NCBI GenBank assembly: GCA_963663165.1
Contig: OY760175.1
Location: forward strand, 3,680,001-3,744,000
Direction of reading: 5' to 3'
Source: an uncultured Desulfospira sp.
GTDB taxonomy: Bacteria; Desulfobacterota; Desulfobacteria; Desulfobacterales; Desulfobacteraceae
Length of the DNA: 64,000 bases
Shown: piece after piece, positions 50,269 through 60,592 of the stretch
Position numbering within the stretch: the first letter of the stretch is position 1
How the letters are laid out: each line of letters opens with the position of its first letter
Made by a program: the position numbers and the translations under genes
The notes under the pieces: model-generated
Databases searched by the model: none
Told to the model about the DNA's origin: nothing
Seen by the model: only the letters and a program-made list of their open reading frames with translations

Positions 50269-51705
50269 CTAGGCGCCCGGAAACCGGACTTCAAAGGCCA
50301 GGCCGTCAGATGAGTTGAACGCCCGGATGCGGCCGCTGCAGTGTTCGACTTGTTTTTGGGCAATGGCAAGCCCCAGGCCGGACCCGCAGGGGCTGCCGGT
50401 ATCCCCCAAGCGGTAAAACGGCTCAAACAGCTTTTTAAGCTCCCGGGGCTCAAGCCTTCGAAAGGTATTGGCAAGGGTCAGTACAACCTGCTGCCCTTTG
50501 TCTGCTTTTTCAGCATCCCTCTTTTCTAAACTAATTTTGATCCGGCCTTTTTCCCTGGTGTATTTCACGGCATTGTCCACAAGATTTGAAATGGCTGTGG
50601 ATACCATGGTTTTATCCGCCCAGATCGCGGCCGGGGCCTCAATCACGGTTTCAAGTGCCAGCTGTTTTTGGTCCATCTGAGGGCCAAACCGGTCTATAAG
50701 TTCCGGGACCAGTTGATTAAGACTGACCGGTTCCATATCCGGCACCTGGGTTTGCAATTCCATTCTGGAAAGGGTTAGAATACGGTCGATAAGGCCGTCC
50801 AGAATATGGATATCCTCATCCACCTGATCCATGTATCGCAAGATTTTGTTCCGGTCCGGGATCTCCACCTGGTTCAGATCCTCCCAGGCCCGGTCCAGAC
50901 GGTCCCGGATAAGCTGAATGGAAACCGTTATCCGGGCCAGAGGGCTTCGAAGCTCATGGGAAATATTGGCGGTCAGTTCCCGGCTGTCCCGGATCATTTT
51001 TTCCAATTTGGCGGCCATGAAATTAAAGGATTGGGCCAGGCCGGCAATTTCATCATTTCCCTTTACCTGGGTTCTTTGGGAAAGATCCCCCCGGGCAAAG
51101 TCCAGGGCTGCCTGGTTAAGCCGGTTGATCCGCCGGGTAACGGTTTTGGCCAGGGGGATCAGGGAAACGGCAATGACAAGACCGATGACCAGAAGCCCGA
51201 TCAAGAAAATCCGGCGCGGCTTTTCAGGATAGGCTTTTTTAAAATGAAGGTGGAGAAGCCATTCGTTTTCACCCTGGGTAAGCCGCACGGTTGCCCCATA
51301 TTCAAGCCGCCGTTTGGACAGAAAGTACAGGTCAATGCCATGTTCGGATAAGGATTCGTGTTGATTCGGCTCCAGCTTTGATTCCAGGTCCGGCGACGGG
51401 CGGCCAAAGACCGGACGCCCGTGGGTATCCGTGATCCAGATATCTGCCTTGAAAAGGGCGGCGTATTGTGAAATGAGTTGGGCTAGGGCTTTATTGCCGG
51501 CCAGTGCCGTATCAGGGGCTGAATCAATCCGGTCCTGGACCATCTGTCTGAAAAACACCAGCTTTGCCCGGGACTGTTCTTTGAAGTAATCCCGGAATGA
51601 ATGGCCGGCCGTGGCCATAAACAGGATCAGGATCAGGACCTCCGTAACCAGGAGAACCCCGATAAAGGTGAACAACAGCCGGGTGTAGAACCGTTTGACT
51701 TTCAT
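50269..51705 (-). CDS. HAMP sensor histidine kinase (CpxA-like)
   Basis: 2 TM, HAMP, ISHELRSPLAR, NLVDNAVKY, GSGLGLAI. Confidence 0.9.
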   Translation of the reverse strand: MKVKRFYTRLLFTFIGVLLVTEVLILILFMATAGHSFRDYFKEQSRAKLVFFRQMVQDRIDSAPDTALAGNKALAQLISQYAALFKADIWITDTHGRPVFGRPSPDLESKLEPNQHESLSEHGIDLYFLSKRRLEYGATVRLTQGENEWLLHLHFKKAYPEKPRRIFLIGLLVIGLVIAVSLIPLAKTVTRRINRLNQAALDFARGDLSQRTQVKGNDEIAGLAQSFNFMAAKLEKMIRDSRELTANISHELRSPLARITVSIQLIRDRLDRAWEDLNQVEIPDRNKILRYMDQVDEDIHILDGLIDRILTLSRMELQTQVPDMEPVSLNQLVPELIDRFGPQMDQKQLALETVIEAPAAIWADKTMVSTAISNLVDNAVKYTREKGRIKISLEKRDAEKADKGQQVVLTLANTFRRLEPRELKKLFEPFYRLGDTGSPCGSGLGLAIAQKQVEHCSGRIRAFNSSDGLAFEVRFPGA

Positions 51706-52415
51706 TGATCCCCGGCAAACATATACCCGGTTCCCCATACGGTCTTAATCCGCTTTGGGGAGGCCGGGTCTTTTTCTATCTTGGCCCGCAGTTTGCTGAT
51801 GTGGATGTCCACACTCCGGTCAAACGCCATAAAATCCCGGCCCTGGGCCATGGTCATGATCTGGTCCCGGCTGAGCACCTGGCTGGGGTGCTTCATCAAT
51901 GCCTTTAGAATCTTGAATTCCGTGGTGGACAGGTCCATGGTCCGGCCGTCCGCCTCTATGGTAAATGCGGCCGTGTTCAGCACCAGGGCGCCTGCTTTGA
52001 TCAGATGGCCGGAAACCGTCTCCTGCCCATCTCTCTTAAGGGGTTCTTTATGGGGCTGCCGCCGGAGTACGGCCTTGATCCGGGCCAGCAGCTCCCGGGG
52101 ATTAAAGGGTTTGGGCAGATAATCATCGGCGCCCAGCTCCAGTCCCACGATCCGGTCGGTTTCATCTCCTTTTGCCGTGAGCATGATGACCGGCAGGTCA
52201 TGGCCGACCCGGATCTCCCTTAATACTTCTAAACCGTCTTTGCCGGGCAGCATATAGTCCAGAATGATCAGGTCACAGGAAAGCTGTCCGATCTTTTCGG
52301 CCGCATTGAGGCCGTCGGGCAGGGATGAAACCTCAAACCCGTTTCCCGCCAGATAGTCGGACAACAATTCGATTAACTTTGCGTCATCGTCTATGATCAG
52401 AATCCTTGCACTCAT
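51702..52415 (-). CDS. OmpR-family response regulator (CpxR-like)
   Basis: IIDDD, LDYMLPG, GADDYLPKPFNPREL, DRSVDIHISKLR. Confidence 0.92.
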   Translation of the reverse strand: MSARILIIDDDAKLIELLSDYLAGNGFEVSSLPDGLNAAEKIGQLSCDLIILDYMLPGKDGLEVLREIRVGHDLPVIMLTAKGDETDRIVGLELGADDYLPKPFNPRELLARIKAVLRRQPHKEPLKRDGQETVSGHLIKAGALVLNTAAFTIEADGRTMDLSTTEFKILKALMKHPSQVLSRDQIMTMAQGRDFMAFDRSVDIHISKLRAKIEKDPASPKRIKTVWGTGYMFAGDQ

Positions 52416-52444
52416 GAAATGACCATATCGCGTTTTAAAATGCT

Positions 52445-52492
52445 TTTACAGCGGATTTACATTTTTTTACATTTTCACAAAACCTGATTTAC
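52445..52492. promoter_or_regulatory. CpxR-type direct-repeat boxes
   Basis: TTTAC at 52445, 52456, 52466 and 52488; 52456-52470 is TTTAC-N5-TTTAC (revcomp GTAAA-N5-GTAAA). Confidence 0.6.
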
Positions 52493-52571
52493 ATTTGCCC
52501 CTTATCCTGACCCCGTCCTGGAAAAAAATCTTTTATCAGGGCCTTAACCGTTAAAAAAAAGGAGACCGACA

Positions 52572-53102
52572 ATGTTCAAAAAAAAGAGAAAAGGATTGAT
52601 TGGGGTAGGCGTGATCGTTCTGATGATCGCCGGCATGGGCTGGTTCATGGCAGCCGGTGCCTTCGGGCCTGACTGCGACCGTAGCTTTGGCAGGCGCGGC
52701 ATGCCCGATTTTGTACAAGGGGAAATCGGCGAATTCATGCTCTGGCGGCTTGACAAAAAAATGGCCCGTCTGGATCTTTCAGACGACCAGCAGGCACAGT
52801 ACGACACATTAAGGAAACATCTGCAGGAAACCATTGAAACCGGCATGGACAGCAGGGCAGCCCTTCGCGAGCAGGTCATGGGCGAATTTGAAAAACCGGA
52901 GCCCGACCTGTCTTCGCTCATCACCGGCATTCAGTTTCACCTGGACCGGATGTCCGGCCTGGCCACCGAAAGCTTAAGCCTGATGGACCAATTCTATGCC
53001 GGCCTTGACCCGGAACAGCAGACCAGAATCGCCACGGGCATCAAAGAAAAGATAGCGGCCCGTCAAAACGGCTGTTACCGCCAGGCAAAGAAGGCCAACT
53101 GA
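52572..53102 (+). CDS. Spy/CpxP-family periplasmic protein
   Basis: Signal/anchor; LDLSDDQQ and LDPEQQ (LTxxQ-like) motifs; divergent from the RR-HK pair. Confidence 0.75.
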   Translation: MFKKKRKGLIGVGVIVLMIAGMGWFMAAGAFGPDCDRSFGRRGMPDFVQGEIGEFMLWRLDKKMARLDLSDDQQAQYDTLRKHLQETIETGMDSRAALREQVMGEFEKPEPDLSSLITGIQFHLDRMSGLATESLSLMDQFYAGLDPEQQTRIATGIKEKIAARQNGCYRQAKKAN

Positions 53103-53226
53103 TGGGACCCCATGACCCGCAGAACCTTTGCCGTCACCACGGCCAAAACCGGCCGGGACCGGCCCCTTTGATCAGGGCCGAACAACGCCCGGCCGGTCCT
53201 GCAACACGGTATATAGACAGATTTTT

Positions 53227-54087
53227 TTAATTTCTGATGTTAAACGTAAATGAATGGGTCCCCTCAATCTTCTTTTTGGGATTAAAGAGGAACACCTCTT
53301 TGGTTGTGCGGCTCTTCAGCACCCGGCGAATTTGGACAGTGGGGGCCTGGCAGGCTTTTGTTCCGGTTTTGGCAATCAGAATCTCAACGGTATTGTCACC
53401 TTTAAATAGACCGCCGGACAGCACCCCGGCCCGGCAGGCTTGAACCGGCGCACCCTGCTGAACACCATTAACAATTACTTTGGTTTCATATCCATAACTG
53501 GTCACATCAAGCAATGCCGATGCATAGGGTGCCTGAACCGGGGCCGGGGCCGGTTTGACCTGGCCGTCAATAGCACCGTCCAGGGGAATCTCGGCCAGGG
53601 GAAACAATGATTTTTTGCCGTTTTCATCGTATTTGGGCTTGTCCATGTTCATGGCAAGGGCCACTTTCCATCCGGACGGTTCATTTACGAATTTGATAAA
53701 GCTGAAGACAATCCGGGGATTTCCGCCCCCGTCGGTCTCGCCCGAATCCGTTACATATACAAGTCCTGCGGTATCCCCGTTCTCCAGGAGGGTCAGAAAC
53801 CGGGCATTGAAAATGTCAGGGCCGTATTGGGCCATGCTTTTAATGATCTCCGGCGTTAAGGACCGGTTGGCAGATATCAGCCTGTTCTTCATGGACCCCA
53901 GACTGTAGGCCGACATGGTCTTTTCAAGTTCTGACACTTGACCGGTTCTGCTGGCCTCAAGATGGGCCATCCACGATTGTTCAAGGGTGTCGCGCAAAGA
54001 TGGGGATTCCGCCCGGGCGCCTTCACCAACCGGCAGTGTCAGCGCCAGGAATAATATGAGAATAACCGTTTTTATTTTTATCATCAT
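53227..54087 (-). CDS. Exported hypothetical protein
   Basis: Signal peptide; 286 aa; CAGGAG RBS. Confidence 0.7.
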   Translation of the reverse strand: MMIKIKTVILILFLALTLPVGEGARAESPSLRDTLEQSWMAHLEASRTGQVSELEKTMSAYSLGSMKNRLISANRSLTPEIIKSMAQYGPDIFNARFLTLLENGDTAGLVYVTDSGETDGGGNPRIVFSFIKFVNEPSGWKVALAMNMDKPKYDENGKKSLFPLAEIPLDGAIDGQVKPAPAPVQAPYASALLDVTSYGYETKVIVNGVQQGAPVQACRAGVLSGGLFKGDNTVEILIAKTGTKACQAPTVQIRRVLKSRTTKEVFLFNPKKKIEGTHSFTFNIRN

Positions 54088-54099
54088 GCTGTTGTCTCC

Positions 54100-54275
54100 T
54101 GTTTCTTTTTATTCTTTTTCCACAAACCGGTGATCTCACGCAGACAGAGCCCTTCTGACTTGTTGCCAACCATCCCGATCTCGTCAACTCTTTTGACACC
54201 AAACCCCGGCACATAGGATTTGATATCAATGAGAGGCGTATTATTCAACACATCGATCCCTTTGACAAACACTTT
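54100..54275 (-). pseudogene. C-terminal fragment of TsaA/TrmO-like tRNA methyltransferase
   Basis: VKGIDVLNNTPLIDIKSYVPGF resembles the GxDxLDGTPLLDIKPY motif; rest of the gene is absent. Confidence 0.6.
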
Positions 54276-54509
54276 ATTTTCTTCCCGCCATAAATAACAT
54301 CAAGGCAGGGCCCATACCAGGCCCTGCCTTTTTTTTGAAAATCGGTATATGATTTTGACCGTACAGGAAAAATTCAAGGTCATTTGCACATTTTAATTTT
54401 TTTCCTGCTGCCCAGTGCCTGAACGAAAACCCGTGTTTGGGCGAAAAGTTGCCCAGATGCAAATTTTTCTGCAACGCAGCAGATGGGTGACGTTTCGTTC
54501 AAACACTAC

Positions 54510-57500
54510 CTAAAGGGTAATGTTCAGTGCCGGGATCAGTTCACCCAGGGTGGCTTTGGCTTCCTCAAATTCATACCCGCTGATCTGGCCGGACAGCTTT
54601 TCCAGCAGGGTTTGGGCGGATTGTTCCCGGACTGTTCCGGCCAGCTGTTTGACAACAGAAACGGCATCGGTGTCATCATCATTGAGTCGTTCCTGCAACT
54701 TCAGGATCAGGGCTTTTACGGTTTCAGGATCAGCCGGGCTGCCGGCTGTCGGGGTTTCCCGGTCCGGTCCCAGGGTCTGAATTCCCTGGATGACCGTCTC
54801 CAGGTTTTGGAAAAAATCAGGCAGGATCTGTTCTGCCCCCTGAATGTCTTCTTTTTTTAAGGCTGCATCCAGAAGGGTTGCCGTTTCAAACAAAGATTCG
54901 GCACCGATGTTGCCGGCCACGCCTTTGGCGGTGTGGGCAAGCATTTGAGCGGTCTCCATATCCCGGTCTGCTATGGCCTGGCGGATGCGTTCCCCGGCCC
55001 GGGCCTGGTTGTGGGCAAATTTATGCAATAACTCCCGGTAAAGGGCCGTATCCCCGGCAAGCCGTTCAAGCCCCTCCCGGACATTGATACCCGGCAGTGG
55101 TCCGAAATCTTCTTCAAACCTCCGGGATTGGCCGGCCCCGGCCGGAAAAGCCCCGGGAAATGCCCGCCCCTTGCCGGTGGGTTTGATCCATCTGCGCAAG
55201 ACATTGAACAGTTCCTTGACGTCAATGGGTTTGGCCACATGGTCGTTCATCCCTGCGGCCAGTGCCTTTTCCCGGTCCCCGGCCATGGCGTTGGCGGTCA
55301 TGGCAATGACAGGCAGGTCCTTGAACGCATCGTCTTCCCTGATCTTCCGGCCGGCGGTGTAACCATCCATTTCAGGCATATTGACATCCATAAGCACGGC
55401 ATCATAATCGGCCTTTTGAAGCGCTTCCAAACCCAGAAGGCCGTTATCCGCCGTTTCAACCACAAGCCCTTTATTTTCAAGGATTCCCCGGGCCACCTGC
55501 TGATTGATTTCATTATCTTCCACCACCAGTATCCGGGCCCCCTGAATGGCGCCGACACCGGGCAGCCGCTCCCGTTGCCGCCGGGACACCCCGCTGGAAA
55601 GACCCTTTCCCCCCAGTGCCGCCATAATCGTGTCCAGCAGAAGGGAGGGGCTGACCGGCTTCACCAGGTACCCGTCAAGCCCTATGGTGTCGGCCTGCTG
55701 CATCAACTCTTCCCTGGCATAGGCCGACACCATGATAATGGAGGGGACATTCATCTCAAGGGATTGTTTTATCTTCCGGGATGCGTGTAGCCCGTCCATT
55801 CCCGGCATTTTCCAGTCCATGAGAACCAGATCAAAGGGCACATTGTCCTTTCCGGCCTGCACAAGTTCTGAAAATCCGGCTTCAGCACTGTCAGCCTGGG
55901 TTACCTGAAAGGTCATGGCCTCAAGCATTTTGCTTAAAACCGCACGGCAGACCGGGTTATCGTCCACCACCAGGACTTTTTTCCCAAGGAATTCGGCATC
56001 GGGCAGCAGCTGTCCGGCCGCCGGGGAGTCCGCCTTTTTCAAACGGACCGTGAAAAAAAAGGTGGTGCCCTGCCCAAAGGTGCTTTCCACCCAGATCCGG
56101 CCCTTCATCATTTCCGTAAGGCTCTTGCAGATAAAAAGCCCGAGACCGGTGCCCCCGTATTTTCGGGTAGTGGAAGAATCCGCCTGGGTAAAGGCCTCAA
56201 ATAATCCGGCCTGCTGCTCCCCGGTCAGCCCGATACCGCTGTCCTGGACAAAAAATTCCAGTTCGACTTCCTGATCGTCCTCGGCTGCCACGGAACAGCC
56301 CAGCACGATCTCCCCTTTCCGGGTAAACTTGACCGCATTACCGGTAAGATTGGTCAGAATCTGTCCCAGCCTTAAGGGGTCCCCGATCAAGGCAGGGGGC
56401 AGGCCCGGCGCAATGTTAAAAATCACCTCCAGCCCTTTTTCCTGGGCTTTGATGCCCACAATATTCGTTACGGTATCCAGGACTTCTTCAATACAAAATT
56501 CAATGGCTTCCATATTCAATTTGCCGGCCTCAATCTTGCTGAAGTCAAGGATATCGTTGATAACGCCCAACAGGGCTTTGGAGCTTGTTTGAATTTTCCA
56601 GATATAGTCAAACTGCTGCTCATTGAGATCTGTTTGCAGGGCCAGGTGGGAAAATCCAATAACGGCATTCAGGGGGGTCCTGATCTCATGGCTCATGTTG
56701 GCCAGGAAATCGCTTTTGGCCCGGGTGGCCTCTTCGGCCACCCGCATGGCCTTTTCCAGTTCAGCGGTCCGTTCCTCCACCAGAACCTCAAGATGGTCCT
56801 GGTAATCCTTGAGTTCCTGTTCGGCCTGTTTTTGCCGGGTGATGTCCTTTGCGGCCCCGGCAATGCCCATGACCTGCCCGTCGGCATCCAAAATAGGTTT
56901 ATGGGAAACAAAGATCCAGATGCTGCTGCCGTCCTTTTTCCGGGCCCTCAGCAGGGCCTCCTGCCGTCCCCTTCCCTGGAGCGCCAGATCCGTATGGGTT
57001 TTAAGCTGGGGCCAATCCCGTTCGTCAATTATGGGCCGGGGATAGTCTGCCATTGCCATGCATTCCTTCACCGAATAACCGGTAATCCGTTCCACGGCCT
57101 GGTTCACCCAGACCAGTCTGCCATCAATGTCCTGCCAGGACTGCCAGTCATAGGTGTATTCGGAAATAATCCGCAACTGTTCCTGGGACTTTTGGACCCG
57201 GTCAAGGAGGCGTACCCGTTCTGTGATGTCAAGGATGAGGCCGGCCGCACGCACAGGGCTGCCCTGCCCGTCCCATTCGATGGCCCGGCCCACATGGTTG
57301 ACCCAGATCCATTGGCCACCCTTTCCAACAAAACGAAAATCCACATTGACCAGGGGAACTTGCCCTGTCTCATATCGTTCTGCAGTTTGTTTAAACCGGA
57401 CCAGATCATCGGGATGAATGAGTTCAAAATAGGCTTCTAAGGTGCGGGGGATGGTATGTTCCAAAAGGCCAAGCCGCTGGAAAAGAATCAATGAATCAAA

Positions 57501-58997
57501 GGTCATATCCCCTGTTTTCAGATCTATATGAAAGTAACCGGCCCCGGCTGTTTCCAGGGCAAAGTGGAGCTGCTCCTGGGTTTGTTTTACCTGCTCATGA
57601 AGTTCCTGGCGTTCTGTGATATCCATGCTCAGGCCGGCAATCTCGGTTATGTTTCCCCGGTCATCCCGTTTAATGGGGCGTCCCACGGAATGACGCCAGG
57701 CCCAGTCCAGCTTCCCTTGGCGCCGGACCCGGTAATCGATATCAAATACCTGAGCCTCACCGTCCTGTATCTGTTTAAATTTTTCTGTGAAAAGCGGCTG
57801 GTCGTCGGGATGGGCCGTGGAGATGAGCCGGGAGAAGGCCTGGCTCTCTTTTTGCGGCCCATGCCCCTCAATGACGGCCTCATCGGGCATACCATAGGAG
57901 ACAACTTGGTTTACCATATCAAATTGCCAGTAATAGGCACCGGCCACTTCCAGGGAAAAATACAGCCGCTCCTCGCTTTTCCGGAAGGCATCTTCCACCT
58001 GGGCGCGCTTTGCAATTTCCCGTTTTAACTTCCGGTTGGCCATCAGGATCACCAAGATGATCAACAGGACCGCAATGACGACAGGGGAACCGATTTTAAG
58101 GAGCCTTCCCCAGTCGATCTCCTTCTGGGTGTTTACCAGAATCCACCGGGTGTGAACCGTATCATGCTCCCTGGGGGTCAGGGAAAGGATGGCCTTGTTC
58201 AGAACGGCCATAAGCTCCGGCCAGTCCTTGCGCACCCCCATGTGAAGCCTGTGGCCATACTGTTCGGGAATGGTGACCACCTCCAGTTGTCTTAAATTAT
58301 GCTGCTTGATGATATAGGCGGTCACGGCGGCATTTTCGATAAATGCGTCGGCCCTGCCGTGGGCCACGGCCAACACCCCGTCTTCCGGTGTCCGGACCGG
58401 GACCAGATTTAATCGCGGATACAGGACAGGAAGCGCTTCATAAATGGAACGGGCCGCCACCACAGCCACCTTTTTGCCGTAAAGCCCCCGGATCCCGTTG
58501 GATCTATTCTGGTTAAACCGGACCGCCATGGCCCATGGATAATGCAGATATTTCCGGGTGAACAAAAAATTTTCTTCCCGGCTTTTTAAATGGGCCAGGA
58601 CCGTAACGAGATCCAGCTCCTTATTCTGGCCCGCTGCCAGGATCTCCTCCCTTGAAAGGGGGGAACCGTCCTCTTTCTTGATCCGTTCAAAGGTGACATG
58701 AAGCCGGTTGCCGATAATATCCAGATAATCCATCACCATCCCCTGGGCCTGTCCCTTGGAATCAATAAATTCAAAGGGAGGCCGGTCAGGGCTGAATCCG
58801 ATGCGAATCACCGGGTGAGCTTCAAGCCACTGGCGCTCTTTTGCGGTAAGGGTCTGATTCCAGAATGCGTCAACACCGCTGCCTGCGACAGCGGAAGGTC
58901 TGCCCGACCGGGGATGGCTGTCAGCCCGGCAAAGGCCGGAAGGGATACAGAGCAAACAGATATGGATCACCAAAACCGGGACCATAAATATGCGCAT
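54510..58997 (-). CDS. Hybrid sensor kinase (periplasmic binding domain, 3 PAS, HisKA, HATPase, 2 REC, Hpt; BvgS/EvgS-like architecture)
   Basis: PPFEF..VRKDWPEL; FLANMSHEIRTP; GGTGLGL; two LMD receiver motifs; AHTAKGVAG. Confidence 0.93.
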   Translation of the reverse strand: MRIFMVPVLVIHICLLCIPSGLCRADSHPRSGRPSAVAGSGVDAFWNQTLTAKERQWLEAHPVIRIGFSPDRPPFEFIDSKGQAQGMVMDYLDIIGNRLHVTFERIKKEDGSPLSREEILAAGQNKELDLVTVLAHLKSREENFLFTRKYLHYPWAMAVRFNQNRSNGIRGLYGKKVAVVAARSIYEALPVLYPRLNLVPVRTPEDGVLAVAHGRADAFIENAAVTAYIIKQHNLRQLEVVTIPEQYGHRLHMGVRKDWPELMAVLNKAILSLTPREHDTVHTRWILVNTQKEIDWGRLLKIGSPVVIAVLLIILVILMANRKLKREIAKRAQVEDAFRKSEERLYFSLEVAGAYYWQFDMVNQVVSYGMPDEAVIEGHGPQKESQAFSRLISTAHPDDQPLFTEKFKQIQDGEAQVFDIDYRVRRQGKLDWAWRHSVGRPIKRDDRGNITEIAGLSMDITERQELHEQVKQTQEQLHFALETAGAGYFHIDLKTGDMTFDSLILFQRLGLLEHTIPRTLEAYFELIHPDDLVRFKQTAERYETGQVPLVNVDFRFVGKGGQWIWVNHVGRAIEWDGQGSPVRAAGLILDITERVRLLDRVQKSQEQLRIISEYTYDWQSWQDIDGRLVWVNQAVERITGYSVKECMAMADYPRPIIDERDWPQLKTHTDLALQGRGRQEALLRARKKDGSSIWIFVSHKPILDADGQVMGIAGAAKDITRQKQAEQELKDYQDHLEVLVEERTAELEKAMRVAEEATRAKSDFLANMSHEIRTPLNAVIGFSHLALQTDLNEQQFDYIWKIQTSSKALLGVINDILDFSKIEAGKLNMEAIEFCIEEVLDTVTNIVGIKAQEKGLEVIFNIAPGLPPALIGDPLRLGQILTNLTGNAVKFTRKGEIVLGCSVAAEDDQEVELEFFVQDSGIGLTGEQQAGLFEAFTQADSSTTRKYGGTGLGLFICKSLTEMMKGRIWVESTFGQGTTFFFTVRLKKADSPAAGQLLPDAEFLGKKVLVVDDNPVCRAVLSKMLEAMTFQVTQADSAEAGFSELVQAGKDNVPFDLVLMDWKMPGMDGLHASRKIKQSLEMNVPSIIMVSAYAREELMQQADTIGLDGYLVKPVSPSLLLDTIMAALGGKGLSSGVSRRQRERLPGVGAIQGARILVVEDNEINQQVARGILENKGLVVETADNGLLGLEALQKADYDAVLMDVNMPEMDGYTAGRKIREDDAFKDLPVIAMTANAMAGDREKALAAGMNDHVAKPIDVKELFNVLRRWIKPTGKGRAFPGAFPAGAGQSRRFEEDFGPLPGINVREGLERLAGDTALYRELLHKFAHNQARAGERIRQAIADRDMETAQMLAHTAKGVAGNIGAESLFETATLLDAALKKEDIQGAEQILPDFFQNLETVIQGIQTLGPDRETPTAGSPADPETVKALILKLQERLNDDDTDAVSVVKQLAGTVREQSAQTLLEKLSGQISGYEFEEAKATLGELIPALNITL

Positions 58998-59341
58998 GGC
59001 ATTCTCCTGAATGTAACTCATCGCAGAGCAACTTAATTGTATACGATTACAATATGTTAACCGGAAACCCATTGGCCAGTGACCCTTGAGAACGCGCGAA
59101 AAAATCAAACCGGTTAAGGGTTTTTGAAAGCCCCGTAAAATCGTCAGCCCCTGACGGATTTCAGACCTTTATCGACCGGAACAACACGTCAACCCGGATA
59201 TTTCATGAAAGGATTACAAAAAAAACTATACGTCTTTCATTCATACCTGTCAATTGCGGCTCGAACCGGTTCCGGGGTGATCGCATGCGGATAGCCCGCT
59301 GATGACGGCAATTTTGACGATAAGGATAATAATGTATATTG

Positions 59342-59420
59342 TTGAGACTTGGGATATGGGACTTGGGGAGGCCGTGGATGCCGCAATCCCCAAGTCCCAT
59401 ATCCCAAGTCCCAAGTCCAA
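59342..59420. repeat. Heptamer (TGGGAYW) inverted-repeat hairpin; sister copy at 62640-62714
   Basis: gacttgggatatgggacttgggga ... tccccaagtcccatatcccaagtc. Confidence 0.85.
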
Positions 59421-59467
59421 TTTTTTGGAGATTCTCCTTATTTCCCATTCCAGGGTGGATTGTTTTT

Positions 59468-60592
59468 TTACATGCGATGGCCCTGTGAAACGATCCCGCT
59501 GCCCCGGGCCGAATCATATGCCGGGCGGCCCTCAAAATCAAAGATAACCACCCGGAAAACAATCCGGTCCCCTGAAAAGGTTCTGGTGGTTTCCAGAATA
59601 TTGGTGCCCACATGGGAAAGGATGGACGGATAGTTCGGATAAATATAGGTGAAGGCGTGCCGGGCCGTGTTGGCGGCCTTTATGTTCTCAGCCAGTGGCC
59701 CGTTCCCGGTTAGGTTTTGGGCCCATTGGGCCAGCCGTTCCATGGTCAGCTCGGATTTGGCCGCATGGGTGTGTTCAAACCCCAGGGCCATTTTAACCGC
59801 CTTTCCAAAAAAAACCGTATAGGTAATCTGTTTTATGGTCTTCTTAACGGCCTCGTCTATGGCGGCTTTAAAAAAATCCCCGGTCTGGATAAAGGCCTCC
59901 TCACTGAGGTCTGGGAGAAGGTCCATGGCCAGCCGCTCGCTTCGCCTTCCCGTGGTAAACACCAGGTGGTCAATCCCCCTGGCCGCTGCCACGGATATGG
60001 ATGAGCCGATGGTGGCAATATAAGCCTCATGGGACAGGGGGCGCACAATACCGGTGGTCCCGAGAATGGAGATTCCGCCCAGGATGCCCAGCCGGGCATT
60101 CAGGGTCTTTTTGGCCAGTTCCTCCCCTTTGGGCACAAAAATTTCAATGGTTACGTGAAATGAAGATTGAACGGAAAACTGCCTGAACACGGAATCCACA
60201 GCCCGGCGAATCATTTTCCGGGGGCCGGAATTGATGGCCGGCTGGCCCACTTCAACCTCCAGGCCCGGCTTGGTCACGGTTCCGACACCCTGTCCCCCCT
60301 GGATATCAATGCCCATCTGCTTTGCAGGGGAAAGGGTGATTCTGGCCCCGATCTGGGCCTTGTGGGTAACGTCGGGATCATCCCCGGCATCCTTGATGAT
60401 AACGGCCTCACAGCAGCGTTCTGAAATTCGGGTAACCCTTTCTACCGGAACAGTCCGGGTTTCTCCGGTTAAAAATTCAATCTCAACCGCATCCGGGATA
60501 TTCCCTGACACCAGGTTGACCAGTGCGGCCTTGACCGCAGCAGATGCCGCCGCCCCCGTGGTAAAGCCTTTCCTTAGCCGTTCAGTTCCCAA
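59468..60592 (-). CDS. cbiD: Cobalt-precorrin-5B C1-methyltransferase
   Basis: LRKGFTTG, KDAGDDPDVTH, GVGTVTKPGL, GGISILGTTGIV; probable TTG start. Confidence 0.95.
   Translation of the reverse strand: MGTERLRKGFTTGAAASAAVKAALVNLVSGNIPDAVEIEFLTGETRTVPVERVTRISERCCEAVIIKDAGDDPDVTHKAQIGARITLSPAKQMGIDIQGGQGVGTVTKPGLEVEVGQPAINSGPRKMIRRAVDSVFRQFSVQSSFHVTIEIFVPKGEELAKKTLNARLGILGGISILGTTGIVRPLSHEAYIATIGSSISVAAARGIDHLVFTTGRRSERLAMDLLPDLSEEAFIQTGDFFKAAIDEAVKKTIKQITYTVFFGKAVKMALGFEHTHAAKSELTMERLAQWAQNLTGNGPLAENIKAANTARHAFTYIYPNYPSILSHVGTNILETTRTFSGDRIVFRVVIFDFEGRPAYDSARGSGIVSQGHRM

Noticed and set aside
54302..54336. Strong plus-strand terminator hairpin with no adjacent plus-strand gene
   Set aside because: Probably a leftover from the deletion that produced the tsaA-like fragment; no evidence for a small RNA.
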